Shown: positions 1 through 12,472 of the stretch, one piece after another
How the letters are laid out: each line of letters opens with the position of its first letter
How positions within the stretch are numbered: the first letter of the stretch is position 1
Assembly: GCA_054661495.1 (NCBI GenBank)
Contig: BAAFSQ010000052.1
Coordinates: forward strand, 1 to 32,000
DNA from: Zygophlyctis sp. KS116
Lineage: Eukaryota > Fungi > Chytridiomycota
Direction: 5' to 3'
Length of the DNA: 32,000 bases
Position numbers and translations under genes: made by a program
The notes under the pieces: model-generated
Databases searched by the model: none
What the model saw: the letters and a program-made list of their open reading frames with translations, nothing else
What the model was told of the DNA's origin: nothing

Positions 1-1
1 A

Positions 2-100
2 GTTCTTCCCCAAGAAGTTGTTTCAAGGATTGAGGATGAAATTGCTTTGCAAGAAAAGATGGAATTTCAACAGAAAGGAAGTCAAATGACTTTATTTTAA
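2..100 (+). CDS. 3' end of an unidentified gene entering the window (..VLPQEVVSRIEDEIALQEKMEFQQKGSQMTLF*)
   Basis: Open frame from base 2 to TAA at 98-100, followed by AT-rich sequence. Too short to identify. Confidence 0.5.
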   Translation, partial: VLPQEVVSRIEDEIALQEKMEFQQKGSQMTLF

Positions 101-222
101 TAAAATTTACGTTTCATTTTATTAAATCATGTACACAGTACAGTGATTTTACCTGGTTATCAAGTGCTTTTACGCACTTCTATATCCATCTTTTTAAGAG
201 AAAAGAATAAATTTATCACTAG

Positions 223-2998
223 CTAATGAGATATAGTAATTGCATAAATATGATCATCCCGACATCCTATATAGATGGTTGAATTAGAAAAAGTAGGAGT
301 TGAAAACACTTGTCCTGGCAACTGTAAAATATCTACAGTATTCGTGTTACTGGCTCGATATATCTTTCCTTCTATACTAGCATATATGCATTCATTTTTC
401 AAAGGAACGACTGAGCCAAAAACTGGAGAGTCTGACATAAATTTCTCTAAAATTTCTCCATTTAGAGAAATGCAAAAAGCCTTTGAAGAGTGCGAACCAA
501 TTAAAATAATTCTATCTAAATTGAATTTTGGAGTTGAAAAGATTGGACCATCAAGTGATATTTTCCATATAATGTCTCCACTATTTCCACAAATTCTATA
601 CAGGTTCTGATCCGTACATCCTATAAATACATCACCTGTTTCTGATTCTAGTAGAGGATCAGTAAAAATCGGTCCAAGATCTAGACACCAGTGAGGAATT
701 AGACCTTTCCCAATATATAATGAAAAAACACTTCCTGAAGTTGTAGATACAATTATATGGTTTGTCTTGTAATTTACTGAGCATTTTGAATATATTGACC
801 CTTCCAAATTTAACGAATAAGCTGCACTGTTTGAAATTAGATCTATTCCATATAAATTCTTATCGTATGAGCCGATCCAGATATAGTTATTTTGTGTATC
901 AAAAAGGGGGCATGCTTTCACAATTCCATTTGTGCTAAATTTCGACAATATTTTGCCGGTCGCAGCACACAGTTTATATATACCGTGATCATAACAGCCA
1001 ACAGCTACAACTCTTCCATCAGGCGAAAGAGCAGCGGTGCCTTCGATTCTATCAGGTAGATATGTGCTCCATTTTATGTCTCCGGAGGTACAATATATGG
1101 CCACGAATAGACCAGAATGTGATCCAATAAATAAAACATTTTCATGTACAGTTGGAGATGCATCAATACATTTTTCCACGTTTACTTTCCATTTGATATT
1201 AAAAGATGAAGCGGTACTTGTTCGCCGCTTTTTATAAGAAGATGTAAGTGTTTGAATCTGAGATTTATTCGTCTTATTTGGTTCCTGACTGTTCTTCTTG
1301 AAACTCTCTACCAAACTTATAAAACTACTGATTGAATCATGAAATAGAGCATTCAAAAGAATGGTTTTAATTTGCTCATATTTAGGGGATTGTTTGATTT
1401 CTAATAATATACAAACATCTTGAATAATCATTGCTGCAAGAAAACTACTGCCTCCACTAGCAAGAAAATGCCGAGTAATATCCAAATCATCCCTATTTAT
1501 ATTTAGTCTACTAGAGATTAAGTCTGATACAGAATCAGGAATCTGAGCGGAAGAAATGGAAATAAAATAGAGCTCTTTTAAACGCTGTATATCAGCCTTA
1601 CCATGACGAGACAACGGGAAACTTGATAGTCGATAAAAAGTAGGTATAGAATACAAAGGCAAATATTCCATTAATTTAGTCTGAATCTTTTGATCCGAGA
1701 TCGGTGAACCCACATAAAAACAAACGATCGCGTCTACAAGTTCTTTATGTACATATATGATCTCATATTGTTGAAAAAGCCCCAAATTTTGCACTATCTG
1801 AGCAATTTGAGAAATGTGTATCCGATATCCATGCCTTTTAATCATACTATCACTCCGTCCTAAAAAGTATAATGAATTATTACTTTCGCCGACGAGATCC
1901 CCAGTATCCCTTAAAATAGCTGGTTCTTTTTCATCATTTATGTAGCAGATACGCTTTGAGCCGCCTAAATACATCCTATTATCATTATCGATTTTCCATT
2001 CAGTTGAACCAAGTGGTGAGCCTAGAGAAACTGGTGTGGATTTAACAAGATTCATAAATGCCCAAACACTGCACTCTGTCGTACCATAAATATTCCATAG
2101 TCTTATTTGCTTTTGGTTTGAACTGATTATGGATTCAGGGAAAGTTTCACCGCCCAGGACAAGATCGCATATTCGAGTTTCACTATTCAAAATACACTTT
2201 CGATGCAATGGCGACAGAGACATAAAAAGAGATGGTGTCATCATAAGAAGATTTGTAGGAGATCTTTTAATATCATCAAAGAACTTTTGAGGCATCCGTG
2301 TTGTATGCTTTTTTAAAATTACAAGGGATCCATGTGCATTTCCGATAAAATTCAGTAAAGGTAGGCAGATCTCTATCAAGCTAGGATCGAATGTAGTTTC
2401 TGAAACTAGTGGGCAGATACGAGCAGAAATATGAGATGATTTTTGTAAGCGCTCGCTGATAGCTTCCAGATTATCTAAAAAAGAAGTTGTAGGAACAGTA
2501 ACTTTAATACCTCCCAATGAGTTCCTTGTTGTTCCACTCGTATGTATCACATATGCAATTCCGCTGCGATCGAGGTCTATACAAGGCTCATCTGATCTCT
2601 TTATGCAGTAGATTCCATCCATTAAATTGAATGATTTTCCATCAATTGAAACAAGATCAGTCTCAAGTCCAATCAAATATCTGGTCCCTTGTTGCTGAAT
2701 TTTAGACACACTGGAAATTGGGACGAATATGGCATCTAACGCCCAAACAGAAAACAAGGAAATAATAAATTCTTTACTGTGAGAAAATAGAAAAGCAACT
2801 TTTTCCTGAGGCTGTATCTATGCATTAGCTCACAAATGGATTCTTTCATACCCCTAATAGGCTAAAGCAGACAACCAATTTCAAAATAGATTCATGCAGA
2901 GAAGAATACTGGATCGTAGTATCATTAGACATGTCGTATAGTGCAATATCATCTGAAAATTTAGAGCATACCACAGAAAGACGATTGTATAATTCCAT
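223..2998 (-). CDS. AASDH: AASDH/ACSF4-like NRPS-like enzyme (adenylation domain + carrier domain + PQQ-type beta-propeller)
   Basis: Adenylation motifs YVIHTSGTT, LVLGGE, NIYGTTE, DTGD, GRSDSMIKRHGYRI. Carrier motif FLASGGSS. C-terminal repeats (CIDASP, VFSTP, IYIGCRD). Extended upstream of the ORF track through a 34-nt intron (2851-2818, GTATGA..GCTAAT..TAG) to ATG 2998 (MELYNRL..). Confidence 0.85.
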
Positions 2999-3003
2999 GT
3001 ATT

Positions 3004-6000
3004 TCAAAAATGTGATTTAAAGAAAAAATTGTTGATCGGTTTGGCAGGAGTAGGCGATGGCCCAAGTTGCCAACTTTTCTTTTCTTTTGGCAGTGTGCTA
3101 ATCGTGACAATTTTGTTTTCAGGAAACGGTGTATAGTCTTGCCCTTTTTTGCATAGATGAACACTAAACTTTTTTCTTTCCATAGATCCCTTTTTAATAT
3201 ATTTTTTGTAGAAATCTTGTATTTCCTTTAGATCCAATCTTGAAATAGTCTCTGAATCCTGTTGATGTTGATCAAATTCAAAATATCCTGATTGTATATG
3301 AGACCAAATACGCCCTGATTCCTGGCTTAAGTTTTTATTCTTTTCAGTGAGTTTCAAAATTAAAGACGATCGATGTTTTTCAAACTGCTCTTGACTAATC
3401 TTCGATAATATTTCATCCAAATGAGCTAAAAATCTTTCAATACGAGTTTCAAGATACATTGGATCTCTTTCGCTCTGAATAACAATTCTATAACCAATAA
3501 TTCCTGTTTGCTTTCTGATTCCATCAAAGACAATATATCCGAGTTGTTCTTTTGTTCTTAGAAAATCAAACGCAGGCTCATGACTTATTTGCTGAAACAA
3601 AAGCAGTTTGCAACGCTCTATTTTATCTTCGCAAGACCCTGTTTGCAGGTAAAATTCAATAGCACAATTCACATTGTTCGGATTAGGCACATCAAGAGCA
3701 TAAATGAGTAAAGATCCTCTCTCTACTTCAAATATCCTATTAAAAGGGATGTGCTGAAGAGCCGTTGAAAAAGAAAATTTGCTTTCAATGTAAGAGCACA
3801 ATCTGGCCACATTCTTGAAGTTATAACATTTTCATTACCTCGACTTCATAGTTACCGTGGATGAATGCTTCAACAAAGATATTTCTAAATAACATTGGAA
3901 CAAATTCATTGAGGCTTTCAGAAGATATGCAATCGATGAATTCCAACTTCTCATTATAAGTCCACATTTTTTCTTGAAGAGCATGACTCTAAATGTATTA
4001 ATTATAAATTTTAATTACCCAATAATACATAGCTTGATGATAGGGTAGCTCTTGATCAAAATTCTTTAGTTCACGTTGTACTTTTTCTTTTACAATTTCT
4101 AAAACATCAGACGGGACCTTTAAACCCATCATACGGTCCAAAATATCTTCCAATAAAACATGCAACTTGTCATTGTACCCACTAACATGTACCTAAATAT
4201 AATTAAAATCCAAAGTATTACAACAAGTCCGGACACTGTACTTTCAATATTGAAATTTAAACCTGCACACTCAGCTAACAGTTAAATTAAATAAAATTTA
4301 CCATAATATGAAGTTTCGTTCAGTAAATGATCGATGACTGCGCAATATATTTTCGCCAAAAGCGAATTTAAAGGCGATTCATATGAGAATGGCGACTTGA
4401 TGTTAATCCAGCAATATGCTTTAGGAACAAAAAAGGTATCTTGATGATTATAAAAATAAATATTACCATCTTTCTTGTACCATAGTCTTAATAGCTCAGA
4501 TTCTTTGAAAATAAATGGTGATATTACAGTCTCGTCCGTATGGCGTCTGACAGACAAATTTTCAGGCAGAAATACATTCTTTCTCGGTAGATGTAAATCA
4601 CTAGCAGTCGAAACAGTCGTAATTGACTCCTTCAATTGGTCTGTAAATTCAAAAATCTGATATTCGGTTTCATAATGTTGAGCTTTTTGCCACACATAAT
4701 CAGAATCATGATTACTTGCAAGAATAAAGAATCTAAAATTATCTGCCCTTAAATAGCTTATGCACTCCTGAATGAGGTCTGGATCAAATTCTTTTAGTAA
4801 ATAGGGCCCGGATAATATGTCAGATGGAGAATAATCATGCATCTGATTAGCTAAGCGACTGGTATATCTCGAAGGTGCCATTTGCTCTTTGAATCTAAAA
4901 GAGGTTTCTCCTAATAATTGGCATTCATGAAAGATCCAATTTAGCACTCCAAGAGAAAGCTGATGCTTCATCATTAATATATATTGAAATATAATTTGTA
5001 AGATTCTTGAATAGTTCTTGATTCCCTGATCAGTCATTTCTATATTTATCTTGAAAAAACTGAAACCATTTCCACCACCCTGTAGACCGGCTGACAATTC
5101 TAATGCCCACCCCAACTTCTTCAAGCATGCTAATATAGAACCATCACCTTCATGTCCAATAAGATGCGCAATAATTTTGCACGGATTTTTACGATAGAAT
5201 TGATGCAAGTCTGGAAAAGGAAACTCTAATACAAGCTCCTTAACATCTTTGACTGACTTTACAAGAATCATTTTCTAATTTCAGTGTTTAAAAAGATACT
5301 TGTAGTTGTTCTCTTTGTAGAGGTTGCCCGTCCCACCTTGGAATTAAAACATTTTTATTCCTGATTGTTGAAAACAATTCTACCGCGAATCCCTTTAGCT
5401 TTTCAATACTTTCTTTCCCTAGTAATACACATTTCATTATGTTTGCAGAATAGTTTTTTTCATAAAATTCTAGCAAGACGGTTCTTACATTCAATCCCAT
5501 ACTTTCAGGAATAAGCTTTAGTGTATTCAAATTTCCAGTCCCAAATTTATTCCAGACATGATTTTTATCACTTAAATCTTTCTCAAGCTGATAAAGTCTC
5601 CAATAATCCTGTTGTATATTCTTTTTATGCTCAGAATCAACAGCCAACAATTCTCTCTCTGTGCAAGATTCAGAAAAAAGCGGCGCCTTAAAAAAGGATG
5701 AGAATCTGCAAAGAGCTTCGTGAAAGTGATCAGAAGAAACATCAAAAAAGTAGTTTGTATTATCAGCAGATGTATACGCATTTGATGATCCTGAATGTGC
5801 TGATAAGAATTGCGAATAATCATTTTCTACGGGATATTCTTCAGTACCCATAAACAGTAAGTGTTCACAAAAATGTGCGATTCCGGATATTTGAGGTGGG
5901 TCGGACAAGTGTCCAACATGTACGTCCAAGCAACTATCAGGGTTAAATACAAAGGCGCTTAATGGGTAGGCTAAATTATTGAGTTACTTACGCTGAGGAT

Positions 6001-6101
6001 TTTTCAGTCTTTTCATCTGAAATTAACAAAACTTCCAGACCATTTTCTAATTCAAATACAAAATATTCTCTATTGTCGACTAGAGGTTTTTCAATATTCA
6101 T
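3004..6101 (-). CDS. STE23: Insulin-degrading enzyme / Ste23-like M16A metallopeptidase
   Basis: HFCEH inverted zinc motif, NAYT, HLIGHEG, LRTKEQLGY. Seven introns restore the frame: 5991-5934, 5299-5275, 4466-4440, 4301-4275, 4221-4193, 4018-3989, 3838-3814. Confidence 0.92.
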
Positions 6102-6146
6102 GTTTTATTTTACAAAACCCCAACACACGCAAACTCCTTTTTTTGA

Positions 6147-8664
6147 TCAAATGTGCGGTACAAACAGAAATGCAATCATCAAGAGACAATAAGTCAGTAA
6201 CAATATAGATCCTTTGAAATAGTTTGATTTCCCTTCAATATAAATATAAGAAAGGAGAAACACGGAAAAGAAAATACATCCCAGGTCCCAAGGAGGGAAG
6301 ATTAACGTGAATCCTTTTCCCTTTAAAGGATTACACCAAAATGCTGAAAAGCCTACTAGTACAGGTATTTGTAGCAATGTTACTTGAATTACATATGCCG
6401 AACCAATTTCCAGAGACAATGCAATATTTCCTGCCATTGCAAAAGAAATTGCATTATAGAATTCTGTGACAGTAGGAGCAATGGCAAAGAGAGTGAGTCC
6501 AAGAAATTTTTCACTTATCGGGAAAGAACTCAGAAACCCGTCGACAGATCCTATTAAAATTTCTGCTATTAAAGAATAGAGAACTGTGCAGCCCAAGAGT
6601 ATCAGGGCAGATTTGGTAGTTGACCAATTCGGAGAATGATGTCCTTCCATGAGTTCTTCTGATTCCTCATCACTGCTAGAGTCAAAAATACCAGTTGGGG
6701 TGAGTTCAGAAGTTAATTGGGTTATTTCAGGGGAAATTTCAGTCAATGACTGGAGAGTGGTAGCATTTCCAGAGAGCGGACCTTTGGGTATTTTTTGATT
6801 ATCAAAAGGTATTCTAGTGACAAAAGAATGAGATCTCTTGAATCTTCGAATATTTTGCCTCGGATTTTCAGAAGAAGGGCCCGGTTGATTAGAAAACTGG
6901 TCTGGAAGTACATTATTAGTTTGATATTCTTCCTCAGCTTCACCTTGTTGAGGAGAGGAATCAGTTCTAAGACCCTGATGCGGCTCTGCTGCATTCGAGA
7001 AGTTGAAAATCTGATAAATGGGTCGTGGCTTTCTTTTTTCCTTTGTTGAAGAGTAGATTTTGTCAGTGTGCGTCATTAGAGTAAACCAAAGACCAACTCC
7101 ATAAGTCATTACCAGTGCACAAGCACATATATACCTGAAATTTAATTATCAAAAACTTACATAAATGGGCGAGTATATTCCATATAAATGGGATCTTTAC
7201 TGGGATGTAGTGGAATTGACACGCATTGACTACAAGTTTCAGAACCAGAAAGCACTTCCGGACAAGGTTTGCATCGCATTTCTAAAGACCCATAAATCAT
7301 TTGAAAAATTGTAGGGGAGAAAACTCCCAATACTGACATTAAAAGCATAGTTGTAGAAACCCCTGCAGCTTTAGAATTGAAAGCCTGCTCTTTTCGAATT
7401 AAACCACCTGAAAACATTGACACTCCAGGCAAAGCTAAAAGACCACAAAGAATAGATCCAACTATTGCACCTTCTACCATTAGTTCTCTACCTTGTATAA
7501 TTGCAAAGCAGTACAAAATGATTTCAATAATGGACCCAAAAGTAGCATTTATAACTGAGCCTAGAGCAATATTTCCAGTTTGTACTGTTATAGAAGAAAC
7601 CGCCATTCCAATAAAATAGGCCAATGGTATTGTGGAAAGAAGAGCACAAGAAAAAATAAACCCATGAGATGAAATTATGGAATCACCAGCCCAACTTCTA
7701 ATCCAGAAATAGTCTAGAATCGTAAATATTCCCAGTATAAATAGATTAATTACGATTATATTAATTCCACCTATTCTTGTAAATACCAATAAAAAAACAT
7801 ACCTATTGTATATTTATAGTATTTCCATCCCAGAGCCTTATATAAACACAAAACAATTGGTTCTCTTTCATGCATTGGATAATGATCTTGACTATCCATA
7901 TCATTTCCTTCTATAGTAGATCTTCTCCAAAATAAAACTGAAGATCTATTCTCTTGAATTTGATTTGGAGATAAACCAGACTGAGATCGACCTTCAAAAA
8001 ACCCAGAATGTACCTTTAACTCTAGAGGATGCCTTGTACAATGTCTAACCAATAAGTAATTTAATTTTGCCATTGGAATAGAAAATATAAAGATTGTACT
8101 AATCAATGACACCATTAAATGAATCGGAGCCAAAATTAGATAATAATAACCATAATAAAATAGCCCAACAATCCCTTGATCCTGAATTTTCTTCCAAGTA
8201 CTAGTTGCTTGATTTAATTTATGAAATTTAGGAGAAGAATTTGGAGATAGTAATCCTGCTTCTTCATCTACTAAAATTCTTTTCCTAGTTATAAATTTAC
8301 CAAATGGCCAAAAAACGTAACCAGCCAAATCTGTAAAAAGTTTAATATAAGACAAAACCATTTCATGTTTTGCCCCATCATTCCTGTAATAATAATAAAG
8401 AGGATATAGTATAATAAGAGGTAATAGATATAAAATACTCAAAATAATCCCAAACACGATTGCCCAAATGACATTTCCAGGAATGATGGCCAATTTCCAC
8501 AGCGGCATTTCTCCCGGAACACTTCTAGTAGCATCCCTAACTTGAATATTTACAGAGCGATCTTTTTTATATAGAGCAGGTTTCCATATTTTCAGACCAA
8601 ACGGATGATCAGAATTTATTTGATCTTGAATATCTTTGACAGACGACTCTAGAGGTTCACTCAT
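6147..8664 (-). CDS. VNX1: VNX1-type (CAX family) vacuolar cation/H+ exchanger
   Basis: N-terminal YccF-like region (GNVIW, YVFWPFGK). Exchanger repeats GSVINATFGSIIE and TEFYNAISFA, plus EGKSNYFKG. Introns 7802-7771 and 7160-7135. Confidence 0.88.
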
Positions 8665-8674
8665 TTTAATTAGA

Positions 8675-8757
8675 GCGAGTGTGCGGCGGTGGTGCAGGCG
8701 AGTGCCAATGGGTGCCCAAAGCCCAAGGGTGGGTGCCTAGTGCCCAAGGGTGAGTGG
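8675..8757. repeat. GC-rich island with short direct repeats (gcccaagggtg x2, gtgcc x4)
   Basis: gcccaagggtg at 8721-8731 and 8742-8752. gtgcc at 8702, 8712, 8733 and 8740. Much more GC-rich than the flanks, and immediately upstream of the VNX1 ATG. Confidence 0.7.
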
Positions 8758-8854
8758 ATATAAGAATTTAAAGTGATAAAAAGAGATAAACACTCAATAA
8801 TATACAATTAGATTTTAAAAACTTGTTCATTATAGAATTTAAGAAATAAAAAAA

Positions 8855-9421
8855 TCAAGCCTTTTTCATCTCCTTCAACTTTTCTTGATATTCTGCAGCC
8901 TTTTCTGGATTATTTGCAACCCATTCAGGACACAACAACTTTCCAAATGGTCCTGAAGTTGCACCTTTGCAATCATCCTTGTGACAATCTCTACACTTTT
9001 TCCTTGCTCTTTTCCTTGGTTTTCCTGAAGTAGTCAAATCAAAAGTTTCTAAATCAATTATAAAACCAATCATACCATTAATGGAACCTGCTGGCCAAAC
9101 TTTAAACATTTCACCTATAGCTGCTGATGGAGTTTGTAATGAAGGTTGTAATAATGTTTCTAAACCTTGTTGGGCTTCTTCAAATGCAGCAAAATCAATA
9201 TCTTTCTCAGGAGTTAGATCAGATAACTCTCTTCCAACTGTTAATTTCTTGATCTTGTCTGATAGTCTTCTGTTTTGTCTCTCTTTGAATGCTAATTCCT
9301 TTTGGAAAAGTAATAATTGGGTCTGAGTAGATGTTAATTGCTAGATTTAATAACTCTAAAATACCTCTAAAGTCACATAATACTTTTCCTTGTAGTCAAT
9401 AACTCCTGAATCATCAGCCAT
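8855..9421 (-). CDS. Hypothetical protein: N-terminal coiled coil + basic patch and Cys4 motif (RKRARKKCRDCHKDDCKG..LC)
   Basis: ATG 9421 and a 24-nt intron (9364-9341) join in frame to ORF 8855..9109. Confidence 0.7.
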
Positions 9422-9455
9422 TTTAAAGATCAAATTTGAAGGTTAAGTGTTTCAA

Positions 9456-10079
9456 ATGAAGATTCTGTATAGACTGAGTATTCCAAGTCATCATGAGTCT
9501 TTAATTTCAACTATATTCTCAAAGTCTGTTATTATAGAATCTCTTGAAAATGTTGCTCAAGAATTACCAGACTCTAATCAGTTACAAGAGTTGATTATAG
9601 AACTCAAGGATATACAGGGTGTTGCACATACAGGAGGACAGGTAGGGAAAAAGAGAATTACTCTCTCTTCTCATTATTTCATGGCTGTAGACTCTAAAGA
9701 GTTGAAAAAGGAGTTTTTAGGCGTTCTAACTCACGAACTAGTACATACTATTCAATATAATGGGTTGGGAACTACAGATGGTGGTGTAATAGAAGGAATT
9801 GCAGATTATGGTAACTGATTAATCTAAATTATAGTAAGATTAAAGGTACTAGGACCGGCTCTACATTGGAAAAAGACTAGAGGAGGGAATTGGAATTCTG
9901 GATATTCTATAACTGCATGGTTTTTTGAATGGATAGATTTAGAAATATCTAGAGATTTTGTTATTAAACTAAATTTAATCATGAAAAGTAGAGAATGGGA
10001 TCAAGAAATGATAAAGGAAATTACAGGATTTGATGTAGATGAATTATGGGACAAGTATCAAAAGAGTATTACTGAATAA
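9456..10079 (+). CDS. BSP family (basic secretory protein / peptidase of plants and bacteria) zinc metallopeptidase-like protein
   Basis: HELVH..EGIADYVRL..HW..WNSGY..TA.F..W after removing a 24-nt intron (9811-9834). Confidence 0.85.
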
Positions 10080-10240
10080 TTTATTACTATAAATAAACAG
10101 ATTATGTAGAAATACAATAATAATGATTTAAAGGATACGTTCTTTGATACTCTACTTGTATGAAGTGATCTGCTAACGGCAACCAACACTGGTTATAAAT
10201 AGATATACTTGCGGCGTTTCTATTAATAGCTTTCAAGAAA

Positions 10241-11975
10241 ATGTCTGAACAATTGCTCAAGAGATGGAATAAGGCTCATGATCTCTTTATAAATGGAGAG
10301 TATGAGAATGCATTAAATCTATTTCATTTGATTGAATTGTCTACGCATGATAAAACTCTTATTCCGAAAGAGATTAGCTTTAATAAACTTTTGGCTATTG
10401 TTGCTCTAGAAGATCATGATCATTCTGTAGAGGTTGGATCAAGCCTTTTAAAGTCATCGCTGGGGCCTTTTTTCTTATTTGCTCTAGGATTGTTGCTTTT
10501 AAATGTTAGTTCGGAAGAGGCTCTTTTATACTTTAGGAAATCATTGCTTGTAAGTTGTTTAATAGATTAAAAGTAGGCATTGGGAGATTCTTTGGAATTA
10601 AAGTTACCCGGAGCTGATTGGAAGTTGTCAAAATTTAAGATTTACATAAATCTGGCAATATTGTCTCAAAAAAATAATAATGGGGCATTGGCGAATATTT
10701 ATTTAGTAAAGGCACAGGATATAGCAGTAGATGCTCAATTCAAAAATATGGTTGAAAATTTTCGTATAAATGGTCTTGTAGGAGTGCCATTTTTTAGATT
10801 TCCCAAATATGTTTGCATTCCACCTCCAGGAATAAATTTAGAAGAAAGTATTGCTTCTAAACCAGTTGATGCACAAGCTGAAAAAAAATCAGAGACTGGA
10901 AATGGATATATTACAGAATTGACTCTTGTTAAGGATGGTTCTAATTCTAATGGTGATTCATCTCCAATTAAAAAGTTGACGCATATACAAGATTTAAACT
11001 TGAATAGTCAGCAGCATAAATCCGACCCAAAAGATCCATTTAGTCCTACCGATAGTAGTGACAGTTTGGTCTCTCCTGGGGTGTATTTGGAGACTGGAAG
11101 TAATAGCTCGTTGTCAATATCTAGAGTAGACAAAAATGACACTACAGTATTTAAAAGAGAAGACTTGAATGACAAAGCGTTGCCATCAACTTCACTAAAA
11201 GACTTGGATTTGGCCCACGAAAGATTTCGGAATCACATTAGGAGTAAGGAGCTACCAACACCCGATGAGAATAAGAGGGAAAATAATTTTGATGGAAGCA
11301 ATATCTGTACCGATGTGGCCTTTGAAAAAAATCCTTTGATAACTCCAAGACAATCTCCAGATCCCCAGTTTTACTCTTATTTCCAAAAAATGGGCAAGAG
11401 CTCCAATTTTACATCGTCGATTGAAATTAAAACTCCAAACAATTACGGTGTGGATCTTGAGGATCTTGCATCTCCTCCTCCAAGGAAATCTTCAAAAATC
11501 TATACTTCTTCAGCCTTTGATAGTATTATTCAATCTCGCAAAGAAGCTGAAGAGTCAGAATATTTTTTTGAAAACAATGCATTTATTCAAATCTTTGGAA
11601 TCTGGCGAGAATTTTCAGTTCAAATAGATGGGAAAATCATTAAACTTTACGATGAAAAAACTGTAAGAATATTATCCTTATGATTAGAGAACAATTGTAC
11701 AAATGGAGATTTCTTTAGAAAAGCAATGCACAATCGAACCTGTTACAGATATAACCTATAGAAAGCTGCACTTATTTAAATTATTGGTGGACGACGATCA
11801 GTTCATTTTTGGACTACCAAATCTGGCTACATCATTAGTGTGGATATCAAGAATCATGAAGACTGCACTTAATCTCCCATATGGACCAAAAGAAGTTGTG
11901 TTATTAGAGACTGGATTAGGCGTAGAGCAATACAATCCCACTGATGTAGATGACGGTCAGACACAGGCGATTTAA
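10241..11975 (+). CDS. p67phox/NoxR-like TPR domain + disordered linker + PH-like domain
   Basis: N-terminus resembles the NoxR TPR (W..A......YE.AL..F, I.FN, EEAL..F...L, KL....I..N). C-terminus is PH-like (WREFSV, HLFKL, WISRI). Introns 10550-10576 and 11663-11687. Confidence 0.6.
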
Positions 11976-12029
11976 TTGCTAAATATCTAGATTTCAGATC
12001 CTTTTTCTTTATTTTAAAGAATAAAAAAT

Positions 12030-12472
12030 TCAGGATTTTCTTGTTAGCCACATCATATGCGCAGAGACTGCAACAACAGCAATTGCAAAAGTAGCAAGCA
12101 TTCCCCTCTTACTCTTTTCAAGATCAGCTTTTAATTCAGTATTCTTTGCAAGCAAGAATTCATTATATTTCTTAATACCCTTTTCCTTTCTATGTGTCCC
12201 ATCGCTATGATTATTTATTGTTAGAATACCAAAAAGGCAGAGAATCAGAGAGCTTACAACCGCAAAGCCAGTATTTCTTCTTCTCCTCAACATTGAATTT
12301 CATTGGAGCCATTCCTGATCCCTTATGACTACCATCACAGAATGGTTGGTTTTTGGATCTAGTATTATCATCATTAGACTCACTTTCCACATGAACAAAA
12401 CCAGTAATCTTTTCCCGGCTCTAAATCAACTCCATATGGGGCAGGCTGAACAAAATCTGGTTCTGGAGTCAT
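12030..12472 (-). CDS. Tandem CDGSH iron-sulfur protein (CISD3/MiNT-like) with C-terminal hydrophobic helix
   Basis: Removing 25-nt introns 12383-12359 and 12229-12205 gives WFCSCGKSKNQPFCDGSH and WLCGCKLSDSLPFCDGTH. The start could instead be the in-frame ATG at 12571. Confidence 0.85.

Noticed and set aside
223-2998. NRPS secondary-metabolite cluster
   Set aside because: The A-T-PQQ architecture is the stand-alone AASDH type. There is no condensation domain and no tailoring genes nearby.
3004-6101. Fragmented ORFs as pseudogenes, programmed frameshifts or an alternative genetic code
   Set aside because: Every break in the recognisable genes is repaired by a GT..AG segment that restores conserved motifs, and TAA, TAG and TGA all act as normal stops.
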